Source: Sphingomonadales bacterium
Lineage (GTDB): Bacteria; Bacteroidota; Bacteroidia; NS11-12g; UBA955
Length of the DNA: 64,000 nt
Direction: 5' to 3'
Assembly (NCBI GenBank): GCA_016872175.1
Contig: VHBA01000002.1
Span: 14,517 to 78,516 of the forward strand
Below the pieces are notes generated by a model, which made no database searches, had not been told where the DNA came from, and saw only the letters and a list, made by a program, of their open reading frames with translations. A program made the translations under genes and the position numbers. Numbering within the stretch: the first letter of the stretch is position 1; every line of letters begins with the position of its first letter. Shown here in pieces: positions 9,886 to 17,511 of the stretch.

Positions 9886-10743
9886 ATGAGTATTCAGAAA
9901 AAAGAATTTAAAAAAATAACAACCCTCGTTTTGCTTGAAATGAAGCAAAAAGGGGAGAAGATATCCATGCTTACGGCCTATGATTATTCTATGGCAAAGC
10001 TGGTGGATCAGGCAGGTATTGATGTAATACTGGTGGGTGATAGCGCCAGCAATGTAATGGCCGGTCACGAAACCACGCTGCCCATAACCCTGGATCAGAT
10101 GATATATCACGCATCATCCGTAGTGCGTGGAATAGACCGCGCTCTGGTGGTGGTGGATTTGCCTTTCGGAATAGACCGCGCTCTGGTGGTGGTGGATTTG
10201 CCTTTCGGAAGTTATCAGGGAAACAGTAAGGAAGCCCTTGCCAGCACCATTCGTATTATGAAGGAAAGTGGCGCTCATGCCGTGAAAATGGAAGGCGGCG
10301 AAGAAATTATCGAAAGCATCAAGCGCATTCTCACGGCAGGTGTTCCGGTGATGGGGCATCTGGGGTTAACGCCACAGAGTATTTATAAGTTCGGAACCTA
10401 CGCCGTGAGGGCTACCGAAGATGAAGAAGCCGAAAAACTGATTCATGACAGTAAATTGCTGGAAGGAGCTGGCTGTTTCGCACTGGTATTGGAGAAAATT
10501 CCCAGTAAACTCGCTAAGCGAGTGGCCGATAATCTAACTATTCCTGTGATTGGCATCGGTGCCGGACCCAATGTAGACGGACAGGTGCTTGTAATACACG
10601 ATATGCTGGGTATCAATACCGAATTTAAGCCCCGATTCTTGCGTAAATATGCCGATTTACACAGCATTATAACCACCGCAGTGCAGCATTACGTAGCTGA
10701 TGTGAAAAGCCGGGATTTCCCCAACGAAAAAGAGCAGTATTAA
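9886..10743 (+). CDS. panB: 3-methyl-2-oxobutanoate hydroxymethyltransferase (with an in-frame 13-aa duplication)
   Basis: Motifs [27 protein letters not shown] and GHLGLTPQS. Confidence 0.96.
   Translation: MSIQKKEFKKITTLVLLEMKQKGEKISMLTAYDYSMAKLVDQAGIDVILVGDSASNVMAGHETTLPITLDQMIYHASSVVRGIDRALVVVDLPFGIDRALVVVDLPFGSYQGNSKEALASTIRIMKESGAHAVKMEGGEEIIESIKRILTAGVPVMGHLGLTPQSIYKFGTYAVRATEDEEAEKLIHDSKLLEGAGCFALVLEKIPSKLAKRVADNLTIPVIGIGAGPNVDGQVLVIHDMLGINTEFKPRFLRKYADLHSIITTAVQHYVADVKSRDFPNEKEQY
10129..10206. repeat. Exact 39-bp tandem duplication inside panB
   Basis: GGAATAGACCGCGCTCTGGTGGTGGTGGATTTGCCTTTC occurs twice ([13 protein letters not shown] x2), followed by a further GGAA. Confidence 0.95.
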
Positions 10744-10745
10744 AA

Positions 10746-11402
10746 TCAGCCATTGGCCTTTTTGTGATCGGCCAGAAACTGTGCCAATCCAATATCGGTG
10801 AGCGGATGCTTGAACAGTCCCATGATGGCACTGAGCGGACAGGTTACCACATCGGCACCGGCTTGTGCACTTTTTACTATATGTAGGGGATTTCTGATAC
10901 TGGCTGCAAGTATCTGGGTTTCATAACCCTGAATAGAATAAATTTCGGCAATTTGCTGAATTAGCTCCATCCCGTCCCAGCTGCTGTCATCAATACGTCC
11001 AATGAAAGGGGAAAGGTAGGTGGCACCTGCTTTGGCAGCCAGAATGGCTTGGCCGGCGCTGAAAACCAGTGTGCAATTGGTGCGTATGCCTTTTTGGGTA
11101 AAGTGCGATATGGCTTTTACACCGTCCACAATCATCGGAACTTTCACTACGATATTGGGGTGAAGAGCCGCCAGTTTTTCGCCTTCTTCCACCATGCCTT
11201 TGAAATCGGTGGAAATAACTTCAGCACTCACATCGCCATCTACAATGTTGCAAATGGCTTTGTAGTGGTTAAGCACATTGTCGTGCCCAGTGATGCCTTC
11301 TTTGGCCATCAGGGATGGATTGGTTGTTACACCGTCAAGAATGCCGAGTTGGTTGGCTTCGCGAATTTGGTCGAGGTTGGCTGTATCGATGAAGAATTTC
11401 AT
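10746..11402 (-). CDS. fsa: Fructose-6-phosphate aldolase / short transaldolase
   Basis: Motifs MKFFIDTAN, GVTTNPSL, VVKVP and YLSPFIGR. Confidence 0.93.
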   Translation of the reverse strand: MKFFIDTANLDQIREANQLGILDGVTTNPSLMAKEGITGHDNVLNHYKAICNIVDGDVSAEVISTDFKGMVEEGEKLAALHPNIVVKVPMIVDGVKAISHFTQKGIRTNCTLVFSAGQAILAAKAGATYLSPFIGRIDDSSWDGMELIQQIAEIYSIQGYETQILAASIRNPLHIVKSAQAGADVVTCPLSAIMGLFKHPLTDIGLAQFLADHKKANG

Positions 11403-11459
11403 GTAGGAGCAAAATTACAGCGCTTTTAGCCCGAATCATTTGTGGACAACCGGAAATTA

Positions 11460-12098
11460 TCACCAACTTTTCACCCGATACAGCATATGCAATCCGCCAA
11501 ACACCTGACTTAATCCATAATCATAACCTGTGCGGTTGGTGCTGTTTAGGCGCATGCCGGCCTCGGCTTTGAAGTGAATGGGTAATTTCCGTGGCTTGTA
11601 GTGAAAGGACAAGCCAAACTGTGGCATGTAGCGGGTTTGGGGCCATTGGCGTTCAGGTACCAAAGCTCCGCTGAAAATTTCCGTACCACTTTCTTTAAAT
11701 ATACCCTGAATCCCAAACCATACCCCGGGATTGAATCTGGGTTTGTCATTAAATTTCAACTCACCAATTGCATTAACCGTCCACAATCGCAGGCTGGCCT
11801 GGTACAGTGTGCTATTGCCTGAGCGGATGTCCGGCCGGAAGTTTACTTCTCCAAAACCCACGGAAATATTTGTATTAAACAAATACGTGAGCGAGCTATG
11901 AAGTGATAAACCTGCTGAATAGGCATTGTTGACCCTGTCCGTAAAGAAACTGCCAAGTTCTTCATTGGCATAATAGCGGTAGAAATTGGTTTCGCCTCTG
12001 CCGTACACACCAATACTAATGTCTTCGGGAATAGGGCTCATTTGAGCCTTAGCTAGAAAGGATGTGAATAGGACCGATATCAACCAAAGTCTTTTCAT
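11460..12098 (-). CDS. Hypothetical outer-membrane beta-barrel protein
   Basis: Signal peptide, amphipathic beta-strands and a C-terminal aromatic residue (YRVKSW). Confidence 0.65.
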   Translation of the reverse strand: MKRLWLISVLFTSFLAKAQMSPIPEDISIGVYGRGETNFYRYYANEELGSFFTDRVNNAYSAGLSLHSSLTYLFNTNISVGFGEVNFRPDIRSGNSTLYQASLRLWTVNAIGELKFNDKPRFNPGVWFGIQGIFKESGTEIFSGALVPERQWPQTRYMPQFGLSFHYKPRKLPIHFKAEAGMRLNSTNRTGYDYGLSQVFGGLHMLYRVKSW

Positions 12099-12538
12099 GT
12101 GTGCTCAAAATATTTTCGGTACCTGGGTTTGCGTATAAATAGCATAAACCAGATGGCAGGATACCAAAAGGTTGTAAAAAAACAATTTTTTCCTGAGAAA
12201 TACACCCTGTCGTAAATCAAAGTTTGGTTATTTTTTCTTACTACTGCGTGGATGTGTTTCCAATTTTCCAATCCGGCCGGCAGAATATGGCCTACATCAA
12301 TGAAACACCAGAAATGGTGTTTACTGCAAACCTGTGTAATGGTGCCGGTCCACAGGGTTGAATTCAATAAGGATTCTACCCGCATTCTCATGTTGGCACC
12401 AGCGTATATGCCATCAAACTGTTCTATTTTCAATGAAATTCCCGGCGGGTTGAGGGTTTCCAGTAAATTTCTGTCAAAACCGTCCCTTACTTTTTCAAAA
12501 GAACAATTAACGGCTGTTTTCAGGGAGATTCGCATCAT
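12095..12538 (-). CDS. SRPBCC-family ligand-binding protein
   Basis: Motifs LNPPG, FIDVG..LP and WKHIH...IYDRV typical of Bacteroidota SRPBCC proteins. Confidence 0.7.
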   Translation of the reverse strand: MMRISLKTAVNCSFEKVRDGFDRNLLETLNPPGISLKIEQFDGIYAGANMRMRVESLLNSTLWTGTITQVCSKHHFWCFIDVGHILPAGLENWKHIHAVVRKNNQTLIYDRVYFSGKNCFFTTFWYPAIWFMLFIRKPRYRKYFEHT

Positions 12539-12615
12539 TTATTTCTGCCAATTAAAACTTTTTTAGATTGATTTGGTTTTTATTGTACGGTTTTTGCAGT
12601 AAAAGATTAAACAGA

Positions 12616-13038
12616 ATGGCAAATTGGGTATCGGTAACGCGCACGGCACAATTCAATGCAGCTCACAGGTTGCACGTGTCGGAATGGAGTGAGGAGACAA
12701 ACCGCGCATTCTTTGGGTTGTGTAACAATCCCAATTACCATGGGCACAATTATGAACTGCATGTCACCGTTTCCGGTCCGCTGGATCCTGTTTCAGGTTA
12801 TTTGCTGGACATGAAAACACTGAAAGACTGGATTAAAGAGGATATAGAAGACGCTTTTGACCATAAAAATTTAAATCTGGATACGGTAGAATTTAAAAAC
12901 CTGAACCCGACTGCTGAAAATATGGCAGTCGTAATTTGGGAGAAGCTGAAAAAAAGGCTTAATCCCGAAATGAAGCTGGAAATAAAATTATTTGAAACCC
13001 CCCGAAACTTTGTAAAATTTGATGGAACACAATCATAA
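12616..13038 (+). CDS. queD: 6-carboxytetrahydropterin synthase (QueD/PTPS)
   Basis: Motifs FNAAHRL, CNNPNYHGHNY, DHKNLN, PTAEN and ETPRN. Confidence 0.92.
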   Translation: MANWVSVTRTAQFNAAHRLHVSEWSEETNRAFFGLCNNPNYHGHNYELHVTVSGPLDPVSGYLLDMKTLKDWIKEDIEDAFDHKNLNLDTVEFKNLNPTAENMAVVIWEKLKKRLNPEMKLEIKLFETPRNFVKFDGTQS

Positions 13039-13702
13039 TCATAACCACAACCACGACATGCTCGGAGACGATCATGTGGGAACCAACATGGATACCCCGC
13101 TAAGACCCGATGCATTTCAGATGGATAATGAACTGAAGATAGAACTCATTGCCAAACATTTTACCGAAATCATGCACATTCTGGGTCTGGATCTCAGTGA
13201 TGAGAGCCTGAAAGGCACACCCTTGCGTGTTGCCAAAATGTTTGTGAATGAGCAATTCAAAGGTCTGGATCCCGATAACCGTCCGCACCCCACCTTGTTT
13301 GAAAATGGATTTAAATACAAGGAGATGCTGGTGGAAAAGGACATTCATTTTTTCAGCACCTGCGAGCACCATTTTGTACCCATTATGGGCAGGGCGCATC
13401 TGGCCTATGTGAGCAGCGGCAAGGTAATTGGTTTAAGCAAGCTTAACCGTATCGTGGATTATTACGCCAAGAGACCGCAGGTGCAGGAACGGATGACTGT
13501 GCAGATTGCGAATGAATTGATGGAAGTGCTTGAAACCCAGGATGTAGCCGTTGTTATTGATGCAAGGCATCTTTGTGTGGCCAGCCGAGGTATTAAGGAT
13601 ATCAGCAGTGCTACTATAACCTCCAGCTATCATGGCAAGTTCAACGATCCACAGGTTCGTGCCGAACTGTTGAAATATATTGAAATGAACGGCTCTGAAT
13701 AA
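13022..13702 (+). CDS. folE: GTP cyclohydrolase I with an N-terminal (HN)n tract
   Basis: Motifs TPLRVAKM, CEHHFVP, GLSKLNR, PQVQER and HLCVASRG. Confidence 0.96.
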   Translation: MEHNHNHNHNHDMLGDDHVGTNMDTPLRPDAFQMDNELKIELIAKHFTEIMHILGLDLSDESLKGTPLRVAKMFVNEQFKGLDPDNRPHPTLFENGFKYKEMLVEKDIHFFSTCEHHFVPIMGRAHLAYVSSGKVIGLSKLNRIVDYYAKRPQVQERMTVQIANELMEVLETQDVAVVIDARHLCVASRGIKDISSATITSSYHGKFNDPQVRAELLKYIEMNGSE

Positions 13703-13733
13703 GGGTTCTTTTTTCTAAAGTGTTGTTTGAAAT

Positions 13734-13760
13734 AAAAAAGGCGCCAACGGCGCCTTTTTT
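13734..13760. terminator. Bidirectional intrinsic terminator
   Basis: Perfect 12-bp inverted repeat AAAAAAGGCGCC-AAC-GGCGCCTTTTTT between convergent genes. Confidence 0.85.
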
Positions 13761-13803
13761 AATGGGTTTGTATTAATGATTATTATGTCCTAAATATTAG
13801 CTT

Positions 13804-14112
13804 TTAAGGATTTGTTTTGATTAATGTAACAACGGTATTGTCAATCATCAGAAAGTACAAACCATTCTGTAGTCGGGATAAATCTGTTTTTGCTATTTGT
13901 CTGCCTTCCCAGATTAATCGGCCGCGGCTGTCATAGAGCAGGCAGTATTCACTGCCCTAAGCGTTCATTAACTGAATTTTAGATTCAAAAGGATTTGGAT
14001 AAGCCTTGATGCCGGCTGCACGGATAATATTTTGGGTACCTGTTTTTTTCTGACCCAAAGCCGGTTTATGCATTAATAGTAAAAATGCTGCATTAAAAAA
14101 TATTTTCTTCAT
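13804..14112 (-). pseudogene. Small T9SS type-A sorting-domain protein (signal peptide plus CTD only) with an in-frame TAG at 13957-13959
   Basis: Translates as MKKIFFNAAFLLLMHKPALGQ...IKAYPNPFESKIQLMNA*GSEYCLLYDSRGRLI...DLSRLQNGLYFLMI...TLIK. Missing from the ORF track because of the stop. Confidence 0.75.
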
Positions 14113-14223
14113 ATTAAAAAAAGTGATTTATAATGTTAAGGCTTTAATGAAATCAAGATTTTTAAGATTCAGGGAATTAAAATCTATAGGATGTGTATTT
14201 GAGTGGTTTCAAATTGCCACTGA

Positions 14224-15333
14224 TTATTTATTTCCTTTAATCCAATTTATCTTATCAAGATATTCATCATCTGTAACAACATTGTTAAATACGGCCTTTA
14301 CCGGCCATGCAATGTTGTAATTTCCAAAATCCAATTTTTTAAAGTAGTATGTTTTTGTGGGATTTTGAATTTTTTTAATGGAATAAATTTTATCCCAATA
14401 TATTGATTCTTGGGAGTTTATTAATTGCAGAGAGTCTGATAAAGTTAAATGCCTTGCCTGTATCTTTTTACCTCCACTTGTATAAACATAATGGCCGGGA
14501 GTTAGCGTAATGTTATTTCCGTTTTCAGTAGTGATTTTTAATAATAAATCATGCATTATACTTCCGGTTTCAACCGCTGTGGCATAAATTATTTTATTTT
14601 GGTTATCAATGAACTTTATTGAATCTCCTGAGGATAAATGATGAAATTCTTTTTCATTATTATTATGTAATATAATTTTAGATTGTCCCGAAACACAGCA
14701 ACCCTGAGCAAAAATTTCACTGATGGCCACATCTTTGTATTTCATTCCCTGGTAAACTTCCACAATGGTGAATCTTAAATTTGCGATTCCATTTTCTGAA
14801 CCGTTGTATTCAAATCTGAGCTTATCTGTATTGATATATTGAGCCCCCATTTCGTCTTTCAGTCTTATGAGGCATCGGTCAATACCATTTTCAGATACAC
14901 GAAGTGTTTTAACCCTGGAGTTTTCAATGAAAGATTTTGGGCTTTTTTGATATCCGTTCAAAATAGTAATGCTATTTAAAGTTCTTCCATTTTTAAATTC
15001 TATATATTGGCCTATGCCATAATCGGTTTGGCCTTCAACCCACGCGGTAGTAGGATCATCATCCTGCATGTTTTTTGCTGCATAATTGGCAGAACCCTGT
15101 GATGGGAGGGTGCTTGATGCGCGAATATTGCAATCCGTTGCTGATAGGCAATTGCTGCAATCCCCCCAAACATAGCCGGGTATCTCATCTCTTTCCGTTT
15201 TTGTCAGTTTTCTGTATACAACATTTTTGCCTTCTCCACCTTCGGCATAAACAATGGGAATTGAAGGTTTTTGTGCTGAAACAGCTAATATACTTGTCAA
15301 CAAAGACAATATAAAAATGAAGCGTTTTTTCAT
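14224..15333 (-). CDS. Secreted discoidin/NADase-type glycan-binding-like domain fused to a C-terminal Hint domain
   Basis: Signal peptide; DDDPTTAWVEG...GIGQYIEF...NGYQKS...NSRVK...VAISEI; then GCC-VSGQSKI (Hint block A) and ITLTPGHYVY (block B TxxH). Confidence 0.75.
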   Translation of the reverse strand: MKKRFIFILSLLTSILAVSAQKPSIPIVYAEGGEGKNVVYRKLTKTERDEIPGYVWGDCSNCLSATDCNIRASSTLPSQGSANYAAKNMQDDDPTTAWVEGQTDYGIGQYIEFKNGRTLNSITILNGYQKSPKSFIENSRVKTLRVSENGIDRCLIRLKDEMGAQYINTDKLRFEYNGSENGIANLRFTIVEVYQGMKYKDVAISEIFAQGCCVSGQSKIILHNNNEKEFHHLSSGDSIKFIDNQNKIIYATAVETGSIMHDLLLKITTENGNNITLTPGHYVYTSGGKKIQARHLTLSDSLQLINSQESIYWDKIYSIKKIQNPTKTYYFKKLDFGNYNIAWPVKAVFNNVVTDDEYLDKINWIKGNK

Positions 15334-15447
15334 GTGTTAAAAAAAGATGGAATAGTTATTATGAATTGTTTTTTGAAATATTATTAATTAAAAAAGGTAA
15401 TTTAAATAGGTAAAATAAATTTACATTTAATTATTGATAAGAAACAA

Positions 15448-16107
15448 TTAAAACCCAACCCCAATGGTCATCCCAACCTTGGGCAATAAGCCGTTGTGGT
15501 AGATGAAATACGGTGCTGGGCTTTGTTTGTAATCAAATGAAGGATCATCGTTTTTAACCGCGCTGTTGGAAACACGCATACCCGCTCCGGCAAAGAAATC
15601 GACATAAAATGATTCGCCCAACGATTTTTGAAGACCAATCACGAAACCGGGATAAACGGCAGTGGTTTTTACTTGATTTGTTTTTTCTTCATTGTTATAA
15701 GGAGGGTTGGAATTGTAAATGTAGTACCTAGATTTCTCATCATACTGCCCAAATTGTCCGAACATACCCACATAATAACCGTTGGCAGATTGTTTGCCTG
15801 TCAGTGATTTCTCTATGTGAAAACGGTTCAGATAATATTTAAACTGATATTCAGCCGTAAAACCAACACCTTTGGTTACGCCATTGTAATTGTCGGTGGG
15901 CTGGCGGTACATGACTTCCAAACTCAACTGGTGGGCTTTTTTCTTATCAGCGTTCACAAATTCCCCTGTTATCCACAAACCACCGCGAATCAGATGCTGG
16001 GGGCTGAATTTTAAGATGGTGGACGGAACCTGCATGTCAGCCTTTGTTTGCGCAACAACAGTAGCAAATGAAAAAGCGGTGCTCAGTATGAAAACAATTT
16101 TTCTCAT
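15448..16107 (-). CDS. Outer-membrane beta-barrel protein (DUF3575-like)
   Basis: ATG at 16107 (MRKIVFILSTAF), ILKFSP, YVDFFAGAGMR and C-terminal IGVGF. Confidence 0.65.
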   Translation of the reverse strand: MRKIVFILSTAFSFATVVAQTKADMQVPSTILKFSPQHLIRGGLWITGEFVNADKKKAHQLSLEVMYRQPTDNYNGVTKGVGFTAEYQFKYYLNRFHIEKSLTGKQSANGYYVGMFGQFGQYDEKSRYYIYNSNPPYNNEEKTNQVKTTAVYPGFVIGLQKSLGESFYVDFFAGAGMRVSNSAVKNDDPSFDYKQSPAPYFIYHNGLLPKVGMTIGVGF

Positions 16108-16175
16108 AGGTATTTGATTAGACAAATATACAGACTTTGGGTTAATTACCCCCAAACCGGCAAACTTGACAAAAC

Positions 16176-16200
16176 AAAAAGCGACCCAGGGCCGCTTTTT
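16176..16200 (-). terminator. Terminator downstream of tRNA-His
   Basis: Minus-strand hairpin AAAAAGCGGCC-CTG-GGTCGCTTTTT. Confidence 0.75.
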
Positions 16201-16218
16201 GATGTGGAATTTTCCTTG

Positions 16219-16293
16219 GGCGAATAACCGGGTTCGAACCGGCGACCCCCAGTGCCACAAACTGGTGCTCTAACCAACTGAGCTATATCCGCC
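16219..16293 (-). tRNA. tRNA-His (GTG) with genomically encoded G-1
   Basis: Acceptor stem GCGGATA/TATTCGC, anticodon arm CCAGT-TTGTGGC-ACTGG, T-loop GGTTCGAACCC, C73 discriminator. The full CCA end is not encoded. Confidence 0.96.
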
Positions 16294-16369
16294 GTAAAGG
16301 GCTGCAAATTTAAGGAAGATTCGTCATTTTCTCAACAGGAATTCAATACGTTTTATCATCTTTGCACCT

Positions 16370-17509
16370 ATCCAAGCACAGAAACCCAAACATATTTTCC
16401 TGTATTGCAGCTGGTATCCAACCCCGGAAATCCCGCTGAATGGCATTTTTTGCCAAGAACTGGCCGATTTGCTATCATCAAGCTGTAAGGTTTCTGTGGC
16501 CTATGTGCGCTACCACAGCAATGGCGGAAAACCCGAGATTGTTCATCACAAACATGCCGGTTTTGATGAATACGAAATCAGCATTCCACGCAAAATAGGT
16601 CCATTTGCTGTTTTTTATCACCTATTGCAGGTGAAACGTTTGCTTAACCAATCACTCAGTATTTGTGAAGATGTAGATCTCATTCATGTGCAGATGGGCT
16701 GGAAAGCCGCCTGGGATGCGGTGTTCCTGCTAAAAAAAGGGAAAATTCCGCTTGTGGTAACCGAACACAACACCGATTGGCTGCCTCAGGACCGGCAATA
16801 TCCCGTTTGGAAAAGGAAACTGACGGCCTGGGCTATGCGCAGGGCTTCTGCAGTTACTGCCGTTTCGGCCAATCTGTCAGAAAATATATCATTCGCAACA
16901 GGCAAGCCAGTGGAAGTTATTTCCAACCCGGTTTCAGAGGTTTTTACTTCGGCAGAAATACACAACCCACAACAGCGAGGCCCCGTTTTTCTGCATGTTT
17001 CCAATTTTAACCTCAGGCAAAAACAGTCCGATAAAATCATCCGGGTGTTTTCCCAGTATGCACAGGAAAATCCTCTCGCCCGACTGCAATTGAATGTTCC
17101 CGAGGAGGCTTTTAATAATTTCAAATCTGCCAACCCGCAATATTGCTGGGATAAAATAGATCTGCTGCCGCCTGATGAAAATAAATCTGTTTTACTTAAC
17201 CGTATGCAGAATGCGGATTTTCTTATCAGCTACAGTCGTTTCGAGACTTTTGGTCTTGTCATTGCCGAAGCCTTGTGTCTGGGTGTTCCCGCCATTTATA
17301 CACCCTGCAAAGGTGCGGATTTGGTGATAGATGATAAAATGGGAATCTGTTGCGATTCCGAGAACGAAGACTCTTTACTACAAGCCATGCGCAAAGCCGC
17401 TAATTTTTCCACCGACAGAAATTATATTGCCGGCAAAGCCCGTCAACAATTCAAAGCAGAAGCTGTGTTGGATGCGTATAAGGCATTGTACCAAAAATTG
17501 ATGAAGTAA
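16370..17509 (+). CDS. Glycosyltransferase family 4
   Basis: Motifs VTEH, SRFETFGLVIAEAL and GVP. The frame extends upstream of the listed TTG through HIFLYCSWYP...NGIF to an ATC at 16370. Confidence 0.85.
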   Translation: MQAQKPKHIFLYCSWYPTPEIPLNGIFCQELADLLSSSCKVSVAYVRYHSNGGKPEIVHHKHAGFDEYEISIPRKIGPFAVFYHLLQVKRLLNQSLSICEDVDLIHVQMGWKAAWDAVFLLKKGKIPLVVTEHNTDWLPQDRQYPVWKRKLTAWAMRRASAVTAVSANLSENISFATGKPVEVISNPVSEVFTSAEIHNPQQRGPVFLHVSNFNLRQKQSDKIIRVFSQYAQENPLARLQLNVPEEAFNNFKSANPQYCWDKIDLLPPDENKSVLLNRMQNADFLISYSRFETFGLVIAEALCLGVPAIYTPCKGADLVIDDKMGICCDSENEDSLLQAMRKAANFSTDRNYIAGKARQQFKAEAVLDAYKALYQKLMK

Positions 17510-17511
17510 AC

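Noticed and set aside
14224-14700. Canonical intein or polymorphic-toxin pretoxin Hint
   Set aside because: There is no terminal His-Asn followed by Cys/Ser/Thr, no C-extein or toxin domain, no endonuclease insert and no adjacent immunity-like gene.
15448-16260. ORF-track start at 16260 for the beta-barrel gene
   Set aside because: The extension runs through tRNA-His and its terminator, whereas ATG 16107 gives a proper signal peptide.
13700-16293. Integrative element or prophage at tRNA-His
   Set aside because: No integrase gene, and I found no duplicated tRNA 3' end (att site) near the far boundary. Only the AT-richness suggests foreign origin.
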